Below the pieces are notes generated by a model that was not told where the DNA came from, did no database searches, and saw nothing but the letters and a program-made list of their open reading frames with translations. DNA of 64,000 nt from Octopus sinensis (taxonomy: Eukaryota), in assembly GCF_006345805.1 (NCBI RefSeq), contig NC_043001.1:130014001-130078000 (forward strand), written 5' to 3'. The position numbers and the translations under genes were made by a program. Position 1 is the stretch's first letter, and the number at the start of each line of letters is the position of its first letter. Positions 38,286 to 50,620 of the stretch are shown piece by piece.

Positions 38286-39831
38286 TGTTTGTCCTCTTTA
38301 TGCAGTGATGGGTCAAGAACCATGGTTGATGGAAACTGTACAATGAGATCCTGTTTAATTAGCTGGTCTCATCTACTGTGTGAGCAAAGGCTGGTACATA
38401 CTTATCAACATATTAATGTGATATTTGGAACATAATTAAAGAAAGGGTTCTTAATCAATTCTATTGCATAACTTTTGTCTCAAAGTGACTTTAATTACAG
38501 GTAAATCCAGGTAAATTGAGCAAAAGGTAAAAATATTAAAATTTTTAATTGAGCAAAAGTTAAAAAATTAAAATTTTGTTAAAACATCACTATAGAAAAT
38601 GAATCATCAGCTAATATTCAAATGGGTATGCAACAAAATTTGATAAAGAAGAATTGTGCACATCACTATATCATCAGTTGAATTTAATCCACAACAGGTG
38701 TACCATAAAGGTGGAATAAAGTGAAATACTAGAATCCACCGTAAGTTTGACCGAACTAAAGAAATCGGTCAAAAAAATAATATACGGCCCTGGTTATGGT
38801 ATGGAAGTAATAAATTCCAGACCACATCGTTCCCTAGGCCATGCTGACTAACATTTTCCCTGTATAAAAACTAAATCCACGCAGTACCCAGTAATTTGCT
38901 TGATAAATTTCCCAAACTTTGAACCCCGATTTTGTGTTTGTTTACGTTCTGCGTAAGTTTGTTTCCGCATTGATCGCTTCAAACAATAACTTCCAGACCA
39001 CATCATACCCTAAGCCATGATGACTAACATTAGTTTCCCTGTATAAAAACTAAATCCACAACAGTACCCAGGATTTGCTTCACAAATTTTCCAAACTTTG
39101 AACCCCGATTTTGGGTTTGTTTACAATCTGCGTAAATTTGTTTCGGAAGTGATCGCTTCAAGCTAGCATACTGAAGAAAATAAAAGTCTAATGATTTCAC
39201 TTCCTAACAAAGGCTGTAGATAAACTTTATCTCCTCAGAAAAATTACTAATAAAAACATTTAAAAAGTTTTTTTACTCCATTCCGATGTAAAATCGTCTT
39301 CGCTGTCGCCTTCGCCACTTTGTTTCTTCGGAAGGCGCGGCTTTCATTTTCGGATGAAAAAATATTCATTATTTTGTACACCACGTTCTTTAGTACCTAT
39401 TTCATTCTTTTTCTCGATATCTCCCTATTTTCCGTTGAAAAAGCTTTAAATTCGGAATCAATGCTTGATAACATGAAACTCCTATCCATTTACAAAGGTG
39501 AAGAAAAATCGATGCCGAAAAACATGTGGAAAAAAAAGTTGAGATATAACTTCAAGCAATGTCGGATACTATAACTTAACTATTTACAATGTGAAATCAC
39601 ATGTTTTAACGAATGTACCAACGAGATTTGGGTTCAAATTACATTTAAACAACAATAGGTTCTCACGGCCGGGTACGGCCGGCTTGGTATTATGAACCAA
39701 AAAGTTTTACGGCCGGCTACGCCCGGGTTAGTAACGAAAGGGTAACAGTGGTGAAGATGGTTGGGGTACTTCAAGTTTGGTGGGCCCCTCATACAGAAGA
39801 ATTAAAGTCATGGAAAATTACCGAATTTAAA

Positions 39832-40217
39832 TCTTTATATATAAATGAGAAGTTGTGTGTCTGTCTCCTACGATTTAGATTCCTAACTACTCCCACATTT
39901 TGCGGTGCAGTTTAACCAAATTCGGGTATCTTATAGTCGTGATTCATATCGAGTCCTTCTGGGTATTAGCGCGCGTCTACGATGAGTCTACGATTTTAAA
40001 AATAATTTACCATCATCTTTTCCATTTTAATGCATTTTTTCGCTATTATATAAGAGAAGTAACCCTCTAAAAATGTCTACGATGAGTCAACGATTTAAAA
40101 AATAATTTACCATCATTTTTTTCCCATTTTTTTGCTATTTTTTGGCTATAACTCTCTAAAAATGCTTATATAGTTATTTCCCTTACAAACCCGAGCAACG
40201 CCGGGCGATACTGCTAG
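39832..40217 (+). mobile_element. Non-autonomous Helitron
   Basis: A|TCTTTATATATAAATGAGAAGTTGTGTG...CCCGAGCAACGCCGGGCGATACTGCTAG|T; same family as 14152-14540. Confidence 0.85.
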
Positions 40218-40648
40218 TTTCATATAATTGAATTTGATGAGTTAGCAGAAAATGTTACTTTATAAAATACACTTTTAAAATTCAAATTTTGGTTTTCACA
40301 CATCCACTTGTGGTGTTTGACTTTTCCTTCATTGAAAAAAGTACAATGAAGGAGGGAAGAGGGCTAAGATTTAAAAAAACATTTTAACGTGAGTTACAAA
40401 TGTTTTGGTATGCAGAACACAATAAAATGGCAAAATATTACAAAAGGATAAAAAATAACGTTAGTGGTTGTTGTTGTCCTAAAGACATGACAAGTGTGTG
40501 TATGTGTGAGTGCGTCTGTGTGTGTGTGAGTGTGTGAGTGTGTGTGTGTACATGTATATGTGTGTGATGGGGTGGAAACACCAAATTTTAAAAGACATAG
40601 ATTTAAAAAGTTCTTGCAAAACAATGAATATATATATACAAACACACA

Positions 40649-40680
<32 letters not shown>

Positions 40681-40682
<2 letters not shown>

Positions 40683-41145
40683 GAGAAAATTTATGAAAAT
40701 AAACAAAAGATGAAGGCAGGTGGAGTACAAACAAACAAATGTATTAGTATGGCGCTCAGGAATAGAAATGGAACAAGTCTTTTACGTTTCGAGCCTACGC
40801 TCTTCGACAGAAAGATACACAGAAAAAAACAAGGAGAGAAAAAAATGCGTGTAGGAGCTAACAATCTATCATGGCATCCTCATGTATATATATATATATA
40901 TATAATATATATATATATATATAATATATATATATATAATGAGAAAATTTATGAAAATAAACAAAAGATGAAGGCAGGTGGAGTACAAACAAACAAATGT
41001 ATTAGTATGGCGTCAGGAATAGAAATGGAACAAGTCTTTTACGTTTCGAGCCTACGCTCTTCGACAGAAAGATACACAGAAAAAAACAAGGAGAGAAAAA
41101 AATGCGTGTAGGAGCTAACAATCTATCATGGCATCCTCATGTATA
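40681..41145 (-). repeat. Tandem ~257-bp duplication (Penelope pLTR-like), each unit with a hammerhead-like motif
   Basis: Two near-identical units separated by (TA)n. Minus-strand motif TCTTT CTGTCGAA GAGC GTAG GCTC GAAAC GTA AAAGA at 40777-40814 and 41034-41071. Confidence 0.75.
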
Positions 41146-41694
41146 TATATATATATATAAATACATGCACACAGACTCATATATATATATACATGCACAC
41201 ACACATATATGGCATAGTTTTTTATTGTTTTGCTTGTTTCAGTCATGTGACTGGAGCCCTGCCTTTAGTCGAAGAAATCTACTACAGGATTTATTCTTTG
41301 TAAGCCTGGTACTTATTCTATTGGTGTGTTTTGCCAAATGGCTAAGTTACAGGGATGTAAACACAGAAACATCGGTTGTCAAGCGATGGTGGGAATACAA
41401 ACAGACACACAAACATATACATACACATACATATATATGTGTGTGTGTGTGTGTGTATATATGTATGTATACGATGGGCTTCTTTTAGTTTCCATCTACC
41501 AAATCCACTCACATGGCTTTGGTTAGCCTGTGGCTATAGTAGAAGATATTTGCCCAAGGTACCACACAGTGGAACTGAACCTAGAACCATGTGGTTGGTA
41601 AACAAGCTACTTACCACTAAGCAACTCCTATGCCTACATATAAATATATACATGCATGTTAATATGCATGTATATAAATATATATACACATATA

Positions 41695-41736
<42 letters not shown>

Positions 41737-41910
41737 CATACATAAATACATGTATATATATATTTATATAAACATACATATATATTTATAGATATATATA
41801 TATAGATATATACATGTGTAGATATAAATACACATATATATACACGATATATATATGTATATATATATATACATTATATTGTATATACATACATACATAC
41901 ATACATACAA

Positions 41911-41974
<64 letters not shown>

Positions 41975-41975
<1 letters not shown>

Positions 41976-44456
41976 CAGAGAGGTATCAAGCTGTTGGATC
42001 AAGTAATGAAGGTTACAGAGAGGGTCATAGCCCAACTAATTAGAGAGAGAGTTAGTTTAGATGAGATGCAGTTTGGGTTCGTGCCAGGGAAAAGTACCAC
42101 TGATGCTATATTCCTGGTAAGGCAGCTGCAGGAGAAATACCTAGCCAAAGATAAGCCCCTGTACCTGGCTTTTGTTGACATGGAGAAAGCTTTTGATAGG
42201 GTCCCCCGATCCCTTATCTGGTGGTCAATGAGGAAACTGGGGATAGATGAATGGCTGGTGAGGACTGTGCAAGCCATGTACAGAGAGGCCGTAAGTAAGG
42301 TTAGGGTTGGCAACATGTACACAGAAGAATTCAAAGTAGAGGTTGGGGTCCACCAGGGTTCAGTACTCAGCCCCCTCCTATTTATCATAGTCCTCCAGGC
42401 AATTACGGAGGAATTCAAGACAGGTTGTCCCTGGGAGCTCCTCTATGCTGACGACCTTGCTCTTATTGCTGAGTCACTATCAGAGCTGGAGGAGAGAAGT
42501 TCCAGGTGTGGAAGAGGGTTTAGAATCGAGGGGCCTTAGAGTCAACCTAGCTAAAACCAAAGTACTAATAAGTAGGAAGGTAGACAATCCACAAATGTCT
42601 TCAGGAAGATGGCCCTGCTCGATCTGTAGAAAAGGTGTAGGTAGAAACTCTATAAGATGTACCCAGTGTAAGCTATGGACACATAAGAGGTGCAGCAATG
42701 TCAAAGGTAGGCTAACTGGGAAGATAGTTTTTGTATGTGGCAAATGCTCTGGAGCATTAACCTCCGAAAATCTGCAGAAAATAACTTCCGTCACTTTCCA
42801 GGGGGAAAAACTAGAAGTAGTTGATAGCTTCCGTTATCTAGGTGACCAAGTCAGTAGTGGGGGTGGGTGCGCTGAAAGTGTAACTGCTAGAATAAGAATA
42901 GCCTGGGCAAAGTTTAGGGAGCTCTTACCTCTGCTGGTGACTAAAGGCCTCTCGCTCAGAGTAAAAGGCAGACTGTATGATGCGTGTGTACGAACAGCCA
43001 TGCTACATGGCAGTGAAACATGGGCGTGACTGCCGAGGACATGCGTAAGCTCATGAGGAATGAAGCCAGTATGCTCCGATGGATGTGTAATGTCAGTGTA
43101 CATACTCGACAGAGCGTTAGCACATTGAGAGAAATGTTGTACCTAAGAGGCATCAGTTGTGGTGTGCAAGAGAGACGATTGCGCTGGTATGGTCATGTGG
43201 CGAGAATGGATGAAGATAGGTGTGTGAGAAAGTGCCAATCCTTAACAGTTGAGGGAACCCGTGGAAGAGGTAGACCCAGGAAAACCTGGGACGAGGTGGT
43301 GAAGCACGACCATCGAATTTTAGGCCTCACTGAGGAAATGACCAGCGACCGAGACCTTTGGAAATATTCTGTACGTGAGAAGACCAGGCAGGACAAGTGA
43401 GCCCAGCCCACTTATGAATGCCTTTCCTCCCTTGGACACAAAGACCTGTTGAGGCAAGCGAAGTCGATATAGAACCTCATCCGACGACAGGCACCCATGC
43501 CAACCCCCTTGCTTGCGAAGACATGTTGGGGCAAGCGAAATCGAATTGAACCAGCCAGGATCCCTGGTCTGGTGGTACGTAAAAAGCACTATCCGACTCG
43601 TGGCCGATGCCAGCGCCGCCTCCACTGGCTTCCGTGCCGGTGGCACGTAAAATACACCAATCTGACCGTACGACAGGCACCCATGCCAACCCCCTTGCTT
43701 GCGAAGACATGTTGGGGCAAGCGAAATCGAATTGAACCAGCCAGGATCCTGGTCTGGTGGTACATAAAAAGCACTATCCGACTCGTGGCCGATGCCTCCA
43801 CTGACTTCCGTGCCGGTGGCACGTAAAATACACCAATCTGACCGTACGACAGGCACCCATGCCAACCCCCTTGCTTGCGAAGACATGTTGGGGCAAGCGA
43901 AAACGAAATCGAAATCGAATTGAACCAGCCAGGATCCCTGGTCTGGTGGTACGTAAAAAGCACTATCCGACTCGTGGCCGATGCCAGTGCCGCCTCCACT
44001 GGCTTCCGTGCCGGTGGCACGTAAAATACACCAATCTGACCGTACGACAGGCACCCATGCCAACCCCCTTGCTTGCGAAGACATGTTGGGGCAAGCGAAA
44101 TTGAAATCGAATTGAACCAGCCAGGATCCCTGGTCTGGTGGTACGTAAAAAGCACTATCGACTCGTGGCCGATGCCAGCACCCCCTCGTTTGGCTTCCGT
44201 GCAGGTGGCACATAAAATACACCAATCCGACCGTGGCCGTTGCCAGCCTCGCCTGGCACCTGTGCAGGTGGCACGTAAAAAGCACCCACTACACTCACGG
44301 AGTGGTTGGCGTTAGGAAGGGCATCCAGCTGTAGAAACACTGCCAGATAAGACTGGAGCCTGGTGCAGCCTTCTGGCTTTCCAGATCCCCGGTCGAACCG
44401 TCCAACCCATGCTAGCATGGAGAACGGACGTTAAACGATGATGATGATGATGATGA
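41975..44456 (+). mobile_element. 5'-truncated RTE-clade LINE: RT with an inserted PHD-like finger, long 3' UTR, (GAT)n tail
   Basis: QFGFVPGKSTTDAIF...FVDMEKAFDRVP...GVHQGSVLSPLLF...LLYADDL; C-x2-C...C-x2-C-x4-H-x2-C...C-x2-C cluster; RLRWYGHV...RGRGRPRKTW. Frameshifts near 42495-42515 and 43025; stop at 43400. Confidence 0.93.
43487..44235 (+). repeat. Four tandem ~180-200-bp units inside the LINE 3' UTR
   Basis: ACGACAGGCACCCATGCCAACCCCCTTGCTTGCG recurs at ~43487, 43671, 43847 and 44045. Confidence 0.9.
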
Positions 44457-44553
44457 TATATATATATATATATATATAGATAGATATAAATACACATATA
44501 TATACACCATATATATATATGTATATATATACATATATCTGTATATACATACA

Positions 44554-44589
<36 letters not shown>

Positions 44590-45330
44590 TATAAATATAT
44601 ATATACATATATATATATATTGTACTGTTTTATAGAAGTTCAACAACTTGATATTAGAATTGTTCTTGTTTAATAAAGTGATATTGATATATTTCTTGCA
44701 ATCGATAAAAACCAATAAATATTTAAGCATTAATAAATACACTTTTTTGGGGAAAGTAAGCCTTCAAAATATTTAAAGAATACAAAGAGAGATATAAAGA
44801 TAAATTAAAACGTATCAGTCAAGGTACAGCCCAGAAGAGTCTTCTTTGTCAGTCAAATTCTGAGGAGGGAAATTACTGGTTTTAGTTGTAAATCATCAAA
44901 AAATAACTTTGGACTAGCTTAGTTTACCCTAAATCTTTTATTGTGTTGGAAAAAAAAATTAATGATAAAATTAATAGATGACTACATCAAAAATATCTCT
45001 AGTCCTCCTGACTGTCTTTTTTCAGTTTCTGTTTTATTCTTGATTCCAAGATGGTAGATTTGGCTTAGGTTCCCAACTTGTGATATAGATCCCTTATTTA
45101 TTCAGCTGCTCCTGTTGTATGTAGTTGGTTGTATTTGTGTGTAATGTTTAGTCAATTTGTTTGACTAAAACCTTTAGAGACGGTGCTTCAACATGGTCAC
45201 AGTCAAATGACTGAAACATATTTATTATCATATATATATATATGATAGATTTTATATGTTATATATGTTTTCTATATACACATATTATCACACATGCAAA
45301 CACACAGACACACATACACACACACATGCA

Positions 45331-45372
<42 letters not shown>

Positions 45373-46264
45373 GACAAAGTATAAATAATGGTCTTCTTTT
45401 ATTGTAGTAAATTTGACTTACAGCTGTTTCTAATATATATATTATATATATATATGATCTTTGGAGATATGTTGTGCTTGAGAAGATCCTGCAAGCCAAG
45501 TGAGACCATAACTGTGGCCTATGCCAGTACCGCCTGATTTGCACCTGTGCCAGTGGAACGTTAAAAGCACCCTATGAGCATGATTGTTGTCAGGGCCACT
45601 GACTGGCTCCCATGACGAGTGGTATGTGCTAGTCATTATAAATACTGTCAGTCAGTGTCAGTATAAGGAGAGAATATGAAGTAGATGGTCATAGATAGTC
45701 ATAGTCTTACATGTCTTTACTAACTATACTGCCATACCAGAGTGGGCATGATAGCAGCCCAACAGAGCATTACAACAACGATGATGAGGAATTAACAAAC
45801 TCATGAGGAATTAGCAAACTCTTGATGAATTAACAAACTCACAAGAAGTTACAAAACTGACAAAAGTTTTTGTATAAATTTTATGGTATACAAAATCGTA
45901 AAATCATTGAAGAATTGTTGGCCAGTTTGCTCAAGTTGCAAAAACAACAACAACAACATAAATTACTATTGCAGCAAAGAATACTGCAATTAATGAAGTC
46001 ATCAAAAAATGCTCAAAAAATGTTCTCACCAGATTATATTGCAAACTCGATAACAAAGTTTAAGTATGAACCTGATAAAGGAGTTACCTTCAAGGCATAC
46101 TATAGAAGATACAAACAAATCTTCAATAAAGAGTGCAAAGATTGGAATGACGATATGAAAACACATTTCATCTGAAGAAAACTGGCAACAGGAGAGCAAG
46201 AGTGTTACAGCAATTATGTACTCCAGAAAAAAAAACCTTCTGATATAAACTTTAAAAATACAAT

Positions 46265-46650
46265 GGATGGAAGCACTCCGTCGGTTACAACGACGAGGGT
46301 TCCGGTTGATCCGAATCAACGGAACAGCCTGCTCGTGAAATTAACGTGTAAGTGGCTGAGCACTCCACAGACACGTGTACCCTTAAATTAGTTCTCGGGG
46401 ATATTCAGTGTGACACAGAGAGTGACAAGGCCGGCCCTTTGAAATACAGGTACAACAGAAACAGGAAGTAAGAGTGAGAGAAAGTTGTGGTGAAAGAGTA
46501 CAGCAGGGATCACCACCATCCCTGCCGGAGCCTCGTGGAGCTTTAGGTGTTTTCGCTCAATAAACACTTACAACGCCGGTCTGGGAATTGAAACCGCGAT
46601 CCTATGACCGCGAGTCCGCTGCCCTAACCACTGGGCCATTGCGCCTCCAC
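46265..46650 (-). mobile_element. tRNA-derived SINE inserted in Gypsy gag, with a 12-bp TSD
   Basis: Minus head GTGGAGGCGCAATGGCCCAGTGGTTAGGGCAGCGG; TAAAAATACAAT at 46253-46264 and 46651-46662. Confidence 0.85.
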
Positions 46651-46987
46651 TAAAAATACAATAGACACATCGTGTAAAATTTTTAGAGAGAGAAGTTTGT
46701 TGTTCAGTCACACGCTGGAAATGTTTGAACCTAGAAAAGAACAACAAGGACTTCATTAAAAATGCTGGTAGAGTTAACAGAGAATGTGAAAAGTTCAAAC
46801 AGGATGAATTAATGCCAGATATGTTCAAGTGCCTGATATTTACTCAGGGATTAACTGCAGTAAATGATGCAGAAGTAAGAACAAGAATTCTTGCTAAGCT
46901 GGAACAAAACCAAGCTGTAACCTTACAACAAGTGCCAGAAGAGTGTGAAAGAGTAGTAAATATAAGATATGACACAGAGAAAATTTT

Positions 46988-47343
46988 GATCGTTGCCAGA
47001 GCAGCCAACTGGCTTCTGTACCCGTGGCATGTAAAAGGGCACCATTCGAGCGTGATCGTTACCAACGTCGCTTCACTGGCACCTTTGTTGGTGGCACGTG
47101 TAAAAAGATTCGAGCGAGGTCATTGCCAGTACTGCCTGACTGGCCCCCGTGCAGGTGGCACGTAAAAAGCACCCACTACACTCTCGGAGTGGTTGGCGTT
47201 AGGAAGGGCATCCAGCTGCAGAAACTCTGCCAGATCAAGACTGGAGCCTGGTGCAGCCATCTAGTTGCCAGCCCTCAGTCAAAACCGTCCAACCTATGCT
47301 AGCATGGAAAACGGATGTTAAATTATGATGATGATGATGATGA
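46988..47343 (+). mobile_element. RTE-tail SINE inserted in Gypsy gag
   Basis: Ends ...GGAAAACGGATGTTAAATTATGATGATGATG; interrupts the gag reading frame. Confidence 0.75.
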
Positions 47344-47529
47344 TTGCTCCCAAGTGAAACAAGTGCATCGGAAAATACAAAAACAGCAGAATAAAAATCG
47401 AGTGTGCACTAAAATGCAGTACAAACAGGACAAAAATCAGGAAACAAACTCATGTTTTGCATGTGGAGGTCTACACCTGAGAAAAAAACTGCCCGTTTAA
47501 GAAAGTGGAATGTTTCCATTGTGGAAAAA

Positions 47530-47913
47530 TCTCTCTCTATATAAACGGCAGTTTGTCTGTGCGTGTTTCTGTGTGTCTGTTTGCTTGTACCCTCACCCTG
47601 ACCACGGCTTTCAACCGATTCTGATGAAACTTGACACACACATAGCCCAATGTCATAATTCAAAACTAACGTACCGAAAATTTTGAAAAGTTCCCCCAGT
47701 TCTGAAAAAAATCGATAAATTCGACATGGGGTCGAGAATCAGAAACACAAACCGCAAACTGTCTAGGGGACGCAACTCCACCTTTTTTCACTCTCAAAAA
47801 AAATTTACCATCATTTTTTTCCATTTTTTTGCTATTTTTTGGCTATAACTCTCTAAAAATGCTTTATAGTTATTTCCCTTACAAACCTGAGCAACGCCGG
47901 GTGATACTGCTAG
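47530..47913 (+). mobile_element. Helitron inserted in the Gypsy zinc-knuckle codon A|TT
   Basis: TGTGGAAAAA|TC...CTAG|TTAGAC; removing it restores CGKI with no TSD. Confidence 0.88.
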
Positions 47914-48478
47914 TTAGACTATAAACACACACTCTAAAACCAAGATTACAAAATATTGGAAAAAAGAAAAAAGAATAAACTGGATTAAGGAAAATGGTAA
48001 TATAACAAAGAGGAAATTTGTAAATGTGAAAATTGAAAATATAAGAGTAAAAATGCTGTTAGACACTGGAAGTGATATTACCATTGTGAACAAAAAAGCC
48101 TGGAAGTATATCGGTAAGCTGAAATTCAGTAAATCTACAAAAGTAGCACAAGGTGTTACAGGTAAAAGATTGTATTTTGTTGGTGAATTTGTGTGTAACA
48201 TAACAGTTTGTGACCAAATGAAACAGCAAAACTACATGTGTTAAAAAAAATTCAGTTAATCAATTCGGCACAGAGTCAATGGAGCTATTTGAATTGTGGT
48301 ATATGCCCGTAAGAGTTGTGTGTGGGAATATAGTCGGTTCAGTCAAAGGTTCGAATTTGACTGAGGGATAGAAACAAAAAAATAAAGCATTTATTTCCAG
48401 ATGTTTCCTCAGAGGAACTGAACTGTTGCACGAAAGCAAAAGCAAAAATTGTAATAAAACAAAGTACAACACCTGTAT

Positions 48479-48706
48479 TTAACCCTTTAGTATTCAGATT
48501 ACTCTGTTGAATGTAATATTTTTTTACTCAAATTGCTTTGAATTAATCAAGCATTATCTTATAGCTTTGGGGTTTCAATGATTTGATTGTTTATTTTTAG
48601 AATGTCAATGTAGGTTAGGTGTGAGAGACTAGATATCGCCAGTTTGAATATAAAACATATAGAATATTTGGGCCGGATATAGCCAGTTTAAACATTAAAG
48701 GATTAA
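48479..48706. mobile_element. piggyBac-type MITE with TTAA TSD in Gypsy pol
   Basis: TTAA CCCTTTAG...AAAGGA TTAA; excision restores GTA TTT AAG CCA (TPVFKPK). Confidence 0.85.
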
Positions 48707-49361
48707 GCCAAAACAGAATAAACTGCTCATTGTAATCATGGTAAATAAGGGACTTGAGAAACTTGAAAGCATAGGAATAATCAAGAAGACAGACCACTCA
48801 GACTGGGTAGCACCTATGGTCTATGTAAAAAAGAAAATTAATAAGTTAAGAGTTTGTGCGGATTTTTCAGTAGGGTTGAATGATTGCTTAATTTCACATA
48901 ACTACCCATTGCCAAGTCCTGTGGAAGTGTTTTCAAAATTGAATGGAGGGAAATTCTACTCAAAATTAGACTTCTCGGAGGTATATCTACAAATCCAAGT
49001 AGAAGAAAAATGCTCATACTTATTAACCATTAATACACACCATAGATAGTCATGGTTTTACATGTCTTTACTAACTATACTGTTCTACAGAGTGGGTGCT
49101 ATAACAGTTAGACGAAAGGATTAGAACAATATATGTATACATACATATATATATATATATATGTATACATATATGTATATATATATGTATACATATATGT
49201 ATACATATATATATAATATATATATATAGATATATATACATGTATATATCTATACATACATATATATATATATTTATTTATAGATACATATATATATTTA
49301 TTTATACATATATATATATACATATTTAATATGTATATATATATATGTATATGTATATATC

Positions 49362-49425
<64 letters not shown>

Positions 49426-49490
49426 TTATATATGTATAATATATATAATATATGTATATGTATATTTGTATATATATATTTGTATATATA

Positions 49491-49534
<44 letters not shown>

Positions 49535-50089
49535 GTGTGTGTGTATGTGTATATTCATGTATATATATATGCGTATATATAATATATATATGTATATATA
49601 TTTATATATGTATGTATATATTAGAGAGAAAGAAAGAGAGAGAGTGACAGACAAAGACAGAGAGTGTGCAGGTCAGGTTTGTGGGTGGGGGGTATGTTTG
49701 TGTTAGATTTATATTGCATTTGTTCATTTAGAGATTTGTGCAGCAGGGAACCAATGTCGAATGCTATGAAAGTGGTGGTAGGGGTGATGGTCGCATGGGA
49801 GAGTAGACTGTGACCAGTTTGGCCACAGGAAATATAAAGCTCACACAACCCAGTGCATGCATGAACATCAGCATCAGCATCAGCATCAACATGACCATTT
49901 GTGATAGGAATCACCTAACCATTCTCACCACCATGGATTGAGACTCAAACTGGACTTCCCTTTACTTTTCCTTTCCCATGCTCTCACTCCCCACTATAGA
50001 ATTAGAAAGATTAGTGAAAGGAGCTTATTGGTTTGACTTAGTTTATCTTCATCTACATCTACAGTGGCAAACTGTCTTTGTCATCCATG

Positions 50090-50620
50090 ACTCATTTTGG
50101 CAGTGGTGGTGGTAGTGGTGGTGGTGATAGTGGTGGTCAAAGTGGTAGTGGTGGTGGTGATCGAAGTGGTGGTGGTGATCGAAGTGGTGGTGGTGATCGA
50201 AGTGGTGGTGGTGATCGAAGTGGTGGTGGGAGTGGTAGTCAAAATGATGGTGGTGTTGATCAAAGTGGTGGTGGTGGTGGTGGTAGTGTTGGTCTAAGTG
50301 GCGATGGTGTTGGTCATCGTCATGGTGGTGGTGGTGGTGGTTGTGGTCAGGGAGTGGAAGGATCTGATGGTGGTGTTAGATGGGAGGTACCTTGTTGAAG
50401 AGGTGAACTGATGATAGCCCCGTGGAAGCCGATGGTGGTGGAGGTAGCGTTCACAGTGGTGGTCATGGATAATATGGCAAGTTTATGGTGGTGGGTGGGT
50501 GGGTGGATGGTTGGAGTGTCAGTGATGATGGTGGTTAGATGGGAGTGTTAGTCAGGTGGTGAGAAGGTGATTTTTTTTGGTTGGTGGTGGTGGTGGGGTT
50601 GGGGCGGCGGTGGTGGTGGC
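50090..50620. repeat. (GGT)n-rich low-complexity tract
   Basis: Seen directly. Confidence 0.9.

Larger units (their letters stand above)
20038..38981. repeat. Tandem segmental triplication (units ~20038-29110, 29106-34726, 34722-38981)
   Basis: The same order of Penelope relic, SINE, HERO relic, MLLE gene and piggyBac left part occurs three times. The junction GATCGCTTCA|TTTTGGTCCCACTG is identical at 29106 and 34722. Confidence 0.92.
28416..39745. mobile_element. piggyBac-type non-autonomous element split by the segmental triplication
   Basis: TTAA+CCCTTTCGTTACTA at 28416-28433 and again at 34031-34048; a single right end TAGTAACGAAAGGG at 39729-39742 followed by TAA. 14-bp perfect TIR. 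Confidence 0.75.
45640..49110 (+). mobile_element. Decayed Gypsy/Ty3 LTR retrotransposon (gag, protease, RT start) with nested insertions
   Basis: Gag FKYEPDKGVTFKAYYRRY and FKCLIFTQGL; zinc knuckle CFACGGLH / CFHCGK; protease LLDTGSDITI; RT WVAPMVYVKKK...LRVCADF...YPLP...SKLDFSEVYLQI. A ~70-bp direct repeat CATAGATAGTCAT...CATGTCTTTACTAACTATACTG occurs at ~45690 and 49041. Confidence 0.88.

Noticed and set aside
43320-44418. Long ORFs (up to 321 aa) in the LINE 3' UTR
   Set aside because: Artefacts of the GC-rich ~185-bp tandem units, open in several frames.
50078-50398. Gly-rich ORF with GGGDRS repeats
   Set aside because: Degenerate (GGT)n low complexity; no splice or homology support visible.
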